Shown: piece by piece, positions 36,613 to 46,367 of the stretch
Numbering within the stretch: the first letter of the stretch is position 1
Layout of the letters: each line of letters begins with the position of its first letter
Origin: Prorocentrum cordatum
Taxonomy: Eukaryota
Direction of reading: 5' to 3'
Length of the DNA: 56,803 nucleotides
Assembly (NCBI GenBank): GCA_963575745.1
Contig: CAUYUJ010000065.1
Coordinates: 62,001 to 118,803 of the forward strand
Program-made: the position numbers and the translations under genes
The notes under the pieces: generated by a model
Database searches by the model: none
Told to the model about the DNA's origin: nothing
What the model saw: the letters and a program-made list of their open reading frames with translations, nothing else

Positions 36613-38256
36613 GCACGCTCGTTTCGTTTCGCCATCATGCGGCACGCACGGGGTCCCGCGCCGGGCGCCCGCCGCGCGTCCCCGGGCGCGCCGTCCCCTA
36701 CAGCTGCTAGAGCCAGCCGCTCCGAAGGAAGACATGGACGCCGCCAGGCAGTGGCCTCTCACGCCCCATCGTGCCCCCACATCCGGTGCCCCTCACTCTG
36801 CCCTCCCCACCCTGCCAGGGCGGACGGCGCAGGACCATGGGGGCGGCGGGGGCATGGGGAGAGGGCAGCGCGGAAGGTTTCCACCACTTCTTGCCGCGCT
36901 CGGGGCGTCTGTGCCCCCGCACACGCTGGGGGGGCCCACAGGTAGGGCCAGCCTGAACACGGGAAGAAGGCACCAGCTTTCGCCCCAGCCGAGGCCCCCA
37001 CGGCAAAAACAGGGGGGAGTTTTCCAACGGCCCAAAAGGCAGCACTGGTGGGCGAGCGCTCGCCGTCCGCTCGCCCCCCCCCCGCCTGGCGAACGGCGAA
37101 ACGGACGGACAGCCGAGCGGCGCTTGGCCCTGGCGGCCTTCTTCTGCAAGGCGTCCCGAGGTGTCCTCCTCGGAAGCGTCCGCAGCGACGGCATGAATTA
37201 CGCGCCACCCACCGCTTCCTAGCTGGGTGAGGGCGCGCGGGGAGGGGGCGGTGGAGGAGGCGGCGGCGGAGGCGGAGGCGGGGCCGGCCACGCAGCCTGC
37301 ACCGCCGCTTCCCCGACGTAGCTGATGTGCGCCGCACGGGCACTCGACGGCAGGCCCTCGCAGGAAAGGACCCGCAGGGCCAACTCTGGAGCGACATCTT
37401 GGATGCGCGGGCCGCCGTGTGCAAGCAGATTCTGGTGCACTGACGTGGCCTGGCACGCCACTAGGGCGTGGTCGACGCCCACGCCCACGGCACCACGCGC
37501 TCCACAATGGGGGAGCGTGGGCGGCAGCCCTCCCAAGCCGAGCACAGGAAGGGGCCAGCAACCCGTCATGCGCGTGACAGCCCACACCCGGCAATGCTTC
37601 CAAAACTTGGGAGACGCTTCCCAACCGAGAAGATTGCAGTCGGGGGGAGACGGGCCCGGGCAGAGCTCGGCAAACGAGCGCCGCAGCTCAGGATGAATTC
37701 TCGCAGCCTCCAGCTGCTCCCCGGCGCATGCAGGGTGCTCGTCCAGCCGTAGCGGCGGCGACGGGAGGCGCCCTGCAAGTGCGGTAACAGCGGTGTCCCA
37801 AGAGGAGGCGTGCAGGCACTGGGAGGCCTGCCGTGCCCTAGAGGCAGGGTAGTCCAGCGGGAGGACGGCAAGTCTGGCTTGCGACATCAAGGCGCGCTCT
37901 AGAGACTTCGTGCCTAATCTAAGCGGCCGCCCGCACTGGGCCACGACCGCGCAGTGTCGCACGGGCGGACCTGCGTGGCAGCCGAGGAGTTTTCGGCCCC
38001 ACTCAACTTGGAGGCGTTCAGCGCTGTTTCAGTCCCCTCGGCTGGGGCCAGCAGCGGGGAGGCGTGCAGGATATCCGATTCCACGCGCGGTTACCGGGAC
38101 GGAAAAGCCACCGCACTGAGCTGCCTGCAATATTTCCGCAAAAAGATTCCTACCGCGCGCTAGGATCTCCTGGAGCAGCGGCTGGAAGGTCAGGTCTGAG
38201 TCAACTAAGACGCCTAGGAGGCGTTTATCGTGGACAACAGGTGCCCCCGCATAGAG
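36613..38256 (-). mobile_element. 5'-truncated, decayed LINE (RT C-terminus + CCHC finger + 3' UTR) inserted in the 60-bp satellite
   Basis: The minus strand from ~38250 reads PVVHDKRLLGVLVDSDLTFQPLL (RT domain-7 KYLG-like motif), then later CGARGAVGVGVDHALVAC (decayed C-x2-C-x8-H-x4-C). It ends in CGAAA-CGAAA-CGAG. The satellite unit resumes in register on the other side. Confidence 0.75.
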
Positions 38257-38512
38257 GTTGCTACCAATTTCCGGATTCCTAAGAGGGCCTCTTCGGGAAT
38301 CCTAGGAATTCCACGGGGTCCCACCAATTGCCAGATTGAGAGAACCTGCAAGGCAATCCTAGAAATTCCCAAGGATCCATTATCCGACCAAGTGCCAGAT
38401 TCCTGAGAAGGCATCTTAGGGAATCCTAGGACTTCCCAAGTATCCTACCAATTTCCAGACTCCTGGGAGGGCTTCCTAAGGAATCTTAAGAATTCTTAGG
38501 GGAGTCCTACAA
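38257..38512 (+). repeat. Continuation of the 60-bp minisatellite
   Basis: Same ctaccaatt..agattcct..gagggcct..gggaatcctagg units. Confidence 0.9.
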
Positions 38513-38555
38513 ATCCGGAGGACTTGCATGAATTCCGGGAAATTCCGAACAGTCC

Positions 38556-38689
38556 TGCCGATCCGAGGTGTCTTGGGTGAGGGGGGCCTGCCTTCGGAGC
38601 GTGCGCGCGTACATGTTGGCGGATAGCCATTTCGGCCCGGTCTCAGGAGAGGAAAGGTGCGCGGGGGCGCGCCTCGCGGGCGATCTGCA
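38556..38689 (+). repeat. 5' LTR
   Basis: TGCCGATC...GATCTGCA with 7/8 inverted termini; direct repeat of 43395-43528. Confidence 0.93.
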
Positions 38690-38690
38690 T

Positions 38691-38705
38691 TGGTAGCGCG
38701 GAGCT
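38691..38705 (+). promoter_or_regulatory. Putative primer-binding site
   Basis: TGGTAGCGCGGAGCT lies 1 nt after the 5' LTR. TGG complements the tRNA CCA end; the specific tRNA was not identified. Confidence 0.65.
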
Positions 38706-38811
38706 GGTGCCTTTCACAGGTGTGAAGGATTGCGACGCCGAGGTCGGCGTCAAGTTCGAGGCCTTCGACGGGGCCTTCAGGAGGTGGTAGTGACGTTTCA
38801 TCCACGGCAGG

Positions 38812-40320
38812 ATGGTGAACAACAGCGAGCCCAACTCTGTTGGAGCGGTTCGTCGCTTTTCAGGTGCTGGTCCAGATGCAAGCAGAGAGTATCGCACTTG
38901 GCGAAAATAGGCCAAAGCTTATCTGATTGTTCAGAAGGCACGTGGTGTGCCAGCGGCTGCGGCGGGCCCTCTATTGTTTGCGCTATTGGATGATGTAGCG
39001 GCCCGTGCAGTCGAGACGCTCGACGTCGATGACCTCGTGGTTGATGGCGGTGAGGGTCTCATGTTCAACGTGCTGGACGAGAGGTTTCCGGATCTCGCAG
39101 CCCACGATCGCCTGGGTGAGGCGCTCGCCGAGATCTTCAGCCTCAAGATCATGCGCGGTGAGACGATGGCCCAGTTTTGTGGTCGTGCGCGGGCGGCCTA
39201 CTCTCGTGGAGATGCTGAGGGCGTGCCGTTGCCGTCGATGGCTAAGGGATTCCTACTCTTGATGGGTGCGCAGTTGCCGTCTCAAAACATGGCTGTGGTT
39301 CTCGCTGCTTCGTCGAAGTCATACATGGAAGCTGAAGTTGCGCAGGCTTCGAGAACTACGTTTCCAAATGGACTGGCTGACTACGGAGGCTCGCATCGGC
39401 ATGAGAAGCACGTGGGCGTCAACGAGGTGGTGGAGACCAGCCCGGATGATTCGCAGCTGGGCGCTGAGATCGACGCCTTGATCGCTGCCGAGCCCGAGCC
39501 CCCGGACGATGTGATTGGCGAAGCCGATGCAGTTCAAGTTTAGTGACATGGAAGGAGCAGGGGGGGAAGATCACGCAATAACAGTTATCGAGAGGAATTG
39601 GCCCCAAGTAGCCAGATCTCAAGCTCTTCGCTTGCCGTGCAAAGTGCTTTAACTGTGATGAGGTTGGTCATTTCAGTCGGGATTGTAAGAAGCCGCGTCG
39701 TCCACGACAGTTCCCTCCGAAGCAGGTGCCGCCAGTGACGTTCGTAGTAGAAGTACCTGAAGACACAGTTCCAGCTTTGGTGGCCCAGGAGGACTCCGAC
39801 GACGATATTGATAATTTTTGCGACTACTTCGAGAAGCTCGCGGACGCGACTGACGAGGTGGATGTGCGGATTTCGTCCCACGATGTGGGTCATGGCGTTG
39901 TGGGTGGCGGATGCGGCCGCGGACTCATCGGAAAAGAGATTTTATCAGAACACGAGGCCGCAATGACAAAGGCTGGACTGAAGGTGAAGCGTCTGGTGCA
40001 TCAGCCTATTACTTGTCGATTTGGAAATCAGCGGACACAGCGTTCCATCGAGTATGTGGAGATCGAGTGCAGGGCGGGTGGGAAGGAGCTGAGTTTGAGG
40101 TTGTATGTGGTCCCGGGGAAAGCGCCGCTCTTACTCAGCAAACCGATGTTGAAGAGCTTGGGTGCAGTTATCGATGCAGTTCGTGATCGTGTGATTCTGG
40201 AGAAGCTGAATGTGACGATCCCGCTGTGGGAAACCAAGAGTGGACATTGCCAACTTAACCTGTGTGAGCTGATAAACGAGGCGCAGAAGCAGTTTTCCTC
40301 GGCAGAAGTGGACGTCAAGA
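38812..40320 (+). pseudogene. gag (with CCHC knuckle) and aspartic protease, disrupted
   Basis: MVNNSEP...EYRTWRK*AKAYL (premature TAG), gag core 38947-39543, KCFNCDEVGHFSRDC at ~39641-39686. The protease motif GVVGGGCGRGLIG has lost the catalytic Asp; VVPGKAPLLLSKPMLKSLGAVID follows. Confidence 0.8.
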
Positions 40321-40539
40321 TGAAGAGCCCGCCTCGGAGTCGTTCATGGCTGAGGCGGAGGAGGCCACCATGGGTTTTCGCTAGGGCCGGGCCGGGGCCC
40401 TCAGGTCGATGAGGTTTTCTGCCCAGGCTTTGACGACGCGTTCGAGTGCTGGCATGCCGGAGTTTCTGGAATCCTCAGTCGCCGTGACCGTCGAGATCTG
40501 AAATAGTTTCTGGTTGAATTATCGATGCAGCAGAAGTGG

Positions 40540-41190
40540 AAGCCCACGTGCCTGGAGTTGTTCTCGACCCCTCGTTTGTGCCCGAGTTTGGAGAAGCAAG
40601 GTTTCCAGAATATTGGCTCTTTTGTTTTGAAGAATGGATGGGATGCTCGGATATCCAGCCATCGGGATGAGATTCGTACTTTAGTGGACTCGGAGAAGCC
40701 AGAGGTCGTTGGTATGTCACCCCCGTGTCGGTTACTCTCGGTGCTTCAGCGGCTGACTCCAGAAGATGGGCGTCGAGATCCAGATGCATATTATGCTGAT
40801 CTTCGTGAAGATTTGGATTTCATTGTATTTTGTGTTCGAGTTGCTCGGAAGGTTCAAGCTTATGGTGGGTATTTCTACTTCGAAGCTCCGTTGACGGCAA
40901 AATCGTCGGATGCTCCAGGTCTTCGCAGGCTCTGTGGAGACCCATCGGTGCATCGAGTGCCGGTCCAGGGCTGTCAGGTTGGTCTTGAAGATCCAGAGTC
41001 AGGTCTACCGATTCAGAAGACTTGGAGTTTTGCAACAAATTGTAATATGTTGAAGTGGGTCTTAGTCGAGCGGCGGTGTGATAAAAAAGCATTATCATCA
41101 GTCTTGTGTTGGGTGCTCAGGCGGGCAGAAGCGTAGTGTGCTCTCGGAGGCTTATCCGCCTCAGCTGGTGGAAGACTTAGCAGATGGCTT
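40540..41190 (+). pseudogene. Cytosine-5 DNA methyltransferase-like domain within pol
   Basis: Motifs in C5-MTase order: LELFS (I-like), KNGWD (III-like), GMSPPC (IV, catalytic PC), FYFEAP (VI-like), GCQVGL and QKTWSFATN (VII/VIII-like), SEAYPPQLVEDLA (X-like, after a frameshift). The glycine-rich part of motif I is absent. Confidence 0.6.
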
Positions 41191-41269
41191 TCTCATTCAG
41201 TTGGCAGTGGACGAGATCAAAGGGTATGATCATGTGCTTAGTGCAGAGACTGTGGGGGAGGAGGTCGTG

Positions 41270-42400
41270 AAGCGACGTCGTCTTAGCTTCGAGGGTACTC
41301 TTCGTAGACTGCACGCCAACTTGGGTCATCCTAGCAATGAGGACCTGACCAGGGTGCTCAAGCACGCGAACGCCAGCGATATGGTGATCAGGTCGGCTCG
41401 GGAGTTCAAATTTTCCGTGTGCGAGGGCAGGAGACAGCCGAAGCTCGTTCGTCCGGCTGCGCTGCCAACTACGGTGGCGCCCCTGAGACTGCGCGAGATG
41501 GACGTGAAGGAGCTGAGAGGGTGGACGCCGAATATGAAGGTGAAGTGTCTCAACGTCGTGTGTGGTTCAAGTTCGCTGCAGATGATGACGGCGTTCTTCG
41601 AGGCAGAGACTGGTGATGTGTTGCGGCAAACCTTGTATTCGTCTTGGATCCGACCTTACGGTGCTCCCAAGATCATTCGCTTCGACGCGAGCAAGGTGAA
41701 CTGCGGCCAGAAGCCGATGGATTACCTCGACAGTCAAGGCATTGAGGCTCATGATGCGGCTGGAGAGGCTCGCGAACATATAGGCCGAGCTGAACGTCAT
41801 GGACAGTATTTCGAGGATATTTTCAACAAGATTTTGGATCAATGCTGTCCTGATACGAAGGAGCGGTGGCTGGCTTGTCTTGATGCAGCAGTGGTGGCGA
41901 AGAACTCCTTAATGAGAAAGCATGGTCACTCGCCTTATCAGATTGCGATTGGTCACAGCCCGGAGGTGCCCGCCGACTTGCTTCAAGATGCTCCAGACAT
42001 GGTCGCGAGCGGCATGCTGCTGAAAGAGGAGCCTTTCGGGTACGCTGAGAAGTGCCGTCAAGTTGCCAGGCTGGAGGTGCTGAAGCGGATGCGTGATCGA
42101 GCTGCTCGTGCCGCCCTTGATGCTAGGCCCCGTGTGGTGCATGAGTTCTCACCTGGTGATTGCGTGGCAGTTTGGCGTCGAGGCCGAGGCATTCCTGGGA
42201 AGAAAGCTCACGCAAGATGGCGAGGATCTGGAGTTATCATCGGGCCCGTTCGAGGTAACTACTGGGTGGCGATGCCTGGTGTGGTGCTGAAGGCGCCCCC
42301 GGAGCAGCTGCGTCATGCCGCGGAGGAGGAGAAGTTGGCTGAGGAGGTTGTGCGTTCTGAGCTGCAGACTTTGGCTCGGGAGTTTATGTCCGGTGCTGGG
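41270..42400 (+). pseudogene. Retroviral-type integrase (HHCC, DDE core, C-terminal SH3-like), within open ORF 41078-42808
   Basis: LRRLHANLGHPS...FKFSVC, EMDVKE, IRFDAS, GRAERHG, GHSPYQIAIG, FSPGDCVAVWR...RWRGSGVIIG. Confidence 0.88.
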
Positions 42401-43394
42401 CCTCAGAGAGGCTTCCTGGACATCACCGACGAAGGTGGGCCATCTGTTGCTGCCGACGCGCCTGCTGCTGCTGGTGGGCCGCCTCGTGCAGCCGTTCCTG
42501 ATGTCGTGGCGGAAAACTGGGGTCAGGAAAATCCCAATGGCGAAGTCTTGGGTTCACCGTCGCCGGACCAGGTGACCAGCACCGAGGGCGCCCCTTCCAC
42601 TGGAGGCGGGGGGCAACAGGCGTCTGGTGCTGGCGCCCCGTCCGTTTTGCTGGGCGCAGGTGCCCAGAGCAGTGGGCCGCGAGTGCCGCTGGAAGTATCT
42701 GGTCAAGCTATTGGTGGAGGAGTAATGTATCCTGCTAGTTTCCCACCACCAGCTGCAGCGGCCAAGCGGGAAGCTGAAATTCGCCAGGAGGACTTTTCGT
42801 CGACGTGATGAGGCGCTGCGACCTCGTCCCGGTGGAGGCTCGTCTGGGACAACGGTGTTTTCAGATGAAGTGGAGGACGAGGAGGAGTTTAAGGTGTTGT
42901 ACGTAGGTCAGTGCGACGATGCTGAGGTGGACGATGTGCTGATGACAAACGGTCGGAAGGAGATCAACATCAAGCATTCGAAGTGGTGCTCCGAGGAGGG
43001 ACAGGCAAAGGTTGCGGCGGGTATCCAGAAGGAGTGGGACAACGTGCACGCAGAGAAGCAAGCGCTGAACCCGTTGAGTTCAGAAGATTCCGCTCGGATT
43101 CGCCGTGACAGTCCCGATCGTATCCTTGGAAGCCGTGTGGTGATGACTTCCAAGATCGACGAGGCGGTCCATGTCGAGCTCAACGACCACCCGCTGTTCC
43201 GCGCGAAGCTGCTCCGCCTGTTGGTGAAAGATGTCGGGGCCTCCGAGACCAACCTGATCGACGCCGAGGTTTTGACCTTCCCGAAGAGCGAGGGGAGCGA
43301 CCGCAAGGTGAAGCCGGAGCGCTAGATGGATAACACTTGCTGACGCAGTGTGAGCAGTCTCCCGGGTCACCACGAATTTAAAGATTGCGATGAA

Positions 43395-43528
43395 TGCCGA
43401 TCCGAGGTGTCTTGGGTGAGGGGAGCCTGCCTTCGGAGCGTGCGCGCGTACATGTTGGCGGATAGCCATTTCGGCCCGGTCTCAGGAGAGGAAAGGTGCG
43501 CGGGTGCGCGCCTCCTGGGCGATCTGCA
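43395..43528 (+). repeat. 3' LTR
   Basis: Matches 38556-38689 and is followed by the AGTCC TSD. Confidence 0.93.
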
Positions 43529-43589
43529 AGTCCCAAGCCCCTCCAACGCGCAAGCAGCGTGAGGTCAACCTTATTGCTGTTATTATTAT

Positions 43590-44125
<536 letters not shown>

Positions 44126-44209
44126 TATCAGTATAAGAGGAAGCGCAATTGCGGTAGGTCGCATTAGCACCAGTATCTTTAGTTATAAGACCGTACCCCA
44201 ACGGGACGC

Positions 44210-44460
44210 GGGATTATTGAAAGTGATCCCAGTGGGATTGCTTTCAATAGTCCCGGGGAATCGGTTCCCAGGGATTAGAGTGGTGATCCCAGTGGGATCG
44301 CTTTCAATAGTCCCCGGGGAATCGATTCCCAGGGATTAAGAGGGTCTTTAGAGGGTCTTACTCTTCAGGCGCTCTTCAGACACTCTTCAAACGCCCTTCA
44401 GATGCTCTTCAGATGCTCTTCACATGCTCTTCAGATGCTCTTCGGATGCTCCTCAGAGCT
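44210..44460. repeat. 22-bp-arm palindrome, its partial tandem duplicate, and an 11-bp GATGCTCTTCA minisatellite
   Basis: Palindrome at 44210-44254. 44223-44277 is repeated at 44284-44338. 11-mers at 44360-44460. Confidence 0.8.
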
Positions 44461-44621
44461 GTCTTGAAACGGTTGCAATCCGGCGTTCTCCTCGCAGAGT
44501 TGTACAGGAATCTTTCAGGTTGCGATCGGCCCGTTTCCAGTGGTTGTACTTTGACCGAAGTGGTTTCGGAACGGTCCGAAGTGGTTGGGATCGGTCTTAT
44601 TCCCCCCCCCCTTGGATGGAG

Positions 44622-44824
44622 GCGGGGGGTTTCGAACCCCGCTCCCTCCCTCCCCCTCCTCCCCTATTTCTCCTCTCTCCCTCTCCTCGGGCCGGCGCCT
44701 GCGTCGGCGGCGGCTGGCGGCGGCGGCGGCGGGAACGACGACTTCCTTTTCTGGGCCGACGCTGGCGCCTGCGGCGGCGGTCGGTGGCGGCGGGGAGCGT
44801 CGACGAGGACGACGGCGACGACGA

Positions 44825-44857
<33 letters not shown>

Positions 44858-46367
44858 TCCGCCACCGCGCCTTGGTTTGGGTCAGAGTCGTAATGATGCC
44901 TCTTGGGGGCCTCTGAATGGCATTTGAACGGCCTCCTGGGCGCCACTTGGGCGTCTCTTGGGGCCTCTCTGCGGTGGTGGTGGTGGTGGGCTGTGGTGGT
45001 GGTGGTGGTGGTGGTTGTGGCGGTGGTGGTGGTGGTGGTGGTGGTGGTGGTGTGGTTGGTGGTGGTGGTGGTTGTTGTGGTGGTTGTGGTGGCAGGTTGT
45101 GGTGGATTGTTGTGGCGGTGGTGGTGTGGGTGGTGCGGTGGTTTCTGGTGGTGTGGTGGTAGTTGGTGGTGGTGGTCGCGGTGGTGGTGTGGTGGTTTGT
45201 CGTGGTGGTTGTGGTGGTGGTAGTGGTGGTGGCGGTGGTGGTGGTGCTGGGCTGTGGTGGTGGTGGTGGTGGCTGTGGTGGTGGTTGTGGTGGTGGTGGT
45301 GTTGTGGTGGTGGTGGTGGTGGTGTGGTGGTGGTGGTGGTGGGTGGTGGTGGTGTGTGGGTGGTGGTGTTGGGTGTGTGGTTTGGTGGTGGTGTGGTGGT
45401 GGTTTGTGGTGTGGTGGTGGTGGTTTGTGGTGGTGGTGGTGGTGGTGGGGGTGGTGGTTGGTTGTGGTGTGGTGGTTTGAGGTGGTGGTGGTGTGTGGTG
45501 GTTGTGGAGGTGGTGTGGTGGTGGGTGGGCGTGTGGTGGTGGCGTGTTGGTTTGTGTTGGTGGTGGTGGTGGGTTGTGCTGCTTGAAGTGGTGATGGTTG
45601 TGGCGGTGGTGGTGGTGGTGGTGGTGGTGGGTTGTGGTGGTGGTGGTGATGGTCATGGTGGTGGGTTGTTTGTGGTGGTGGTGGTGGTGGTGGTGGTAGT
45701 GAGTTGTGGTGTTCGTGGTGGTGGCTGTGGTGGTGGTGGTGGTTGTGTGGTGGGTTGGTGGTGGTGGTGGTGGTGGGTTGAGGTGGTGGTGGTGGTGGTA
45801 GTGGTGGGCGCGGTGGTGGTAGTGGTGGTTTGAGGTGGTGGTGGTGGTGGTGGGCTGTGGTGTTGGTGGTGGTGGTGCTGCTGGTAGCGTCGCTGGTGGT
45901 GGTGGTGGGTTGTGGTGGTGGTGGTGTTAGTGGTGGTGGTGGTTATGATGGTGTTGGTGTGGTGGTTTGTGGCGGTGGTGGTGGTGGTGGGTTGTGGTGA
46001 TGGTTGTGCCTTGTGGCGGTGGTGGTGGTGGTGGTGATGGTGTGGTGGTTTGTGGTGGTGCCCTTTCCTGGGCCCTTTCTGGTAATCGTCGCTGCGTTTC
46101 CGCAGTCGGCGCTGCTGGCCGCCGCCAGCGCCGGCGCGGGGGGGGGGTTGGACCCCCCCCTCCTCCTGGACCCTCTCTGGTCATCGTCGCTGCGTCTCCG
46201 CCGTCGGCGCTGCTGGCGGCCGCCAGCGCGGGCGCTGGCGCCGGGGGGGGTGGGGGGCCCGCCTTTGGGGGGGGGGTGGGTTAGGGGGGAGGGGAGCCCC
46301 CCTGGTTCTGATCGACGGCGCCGAGTGTTGGGGGTCGGGGCCCGCCCCCTGGTTCGAAACGCGCCGC
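44622..46367. mobile_element. Possible TIR element carrying a long (GGT)n tract
   Basis: GCGGGGGGTTTCGAACC (44622-44638) and GGTTCGAAACGCGCCGC (46351-46367) are inverted at 15/17 positions. (GGT)n spans 44973-46060. Confidence 0.4.

Larger units (their letters stand above)
38556..43528 (+). mobile_element. Ty1/Copia-order LTR retrotransposon, decayed, lacking most of RT and all of RNase H
   Basis: 134-bp TG...CA LTRs at 38556-38689 and 43395-43528 (4 mismatches by eye). 5-bp TSD AGTCC at 38551-38555 and 43529-43533. PBS-like TGGTAGCG. Domain order gag-PR-(MTase-like)-IN-start of RT. Confidence 0.93.
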
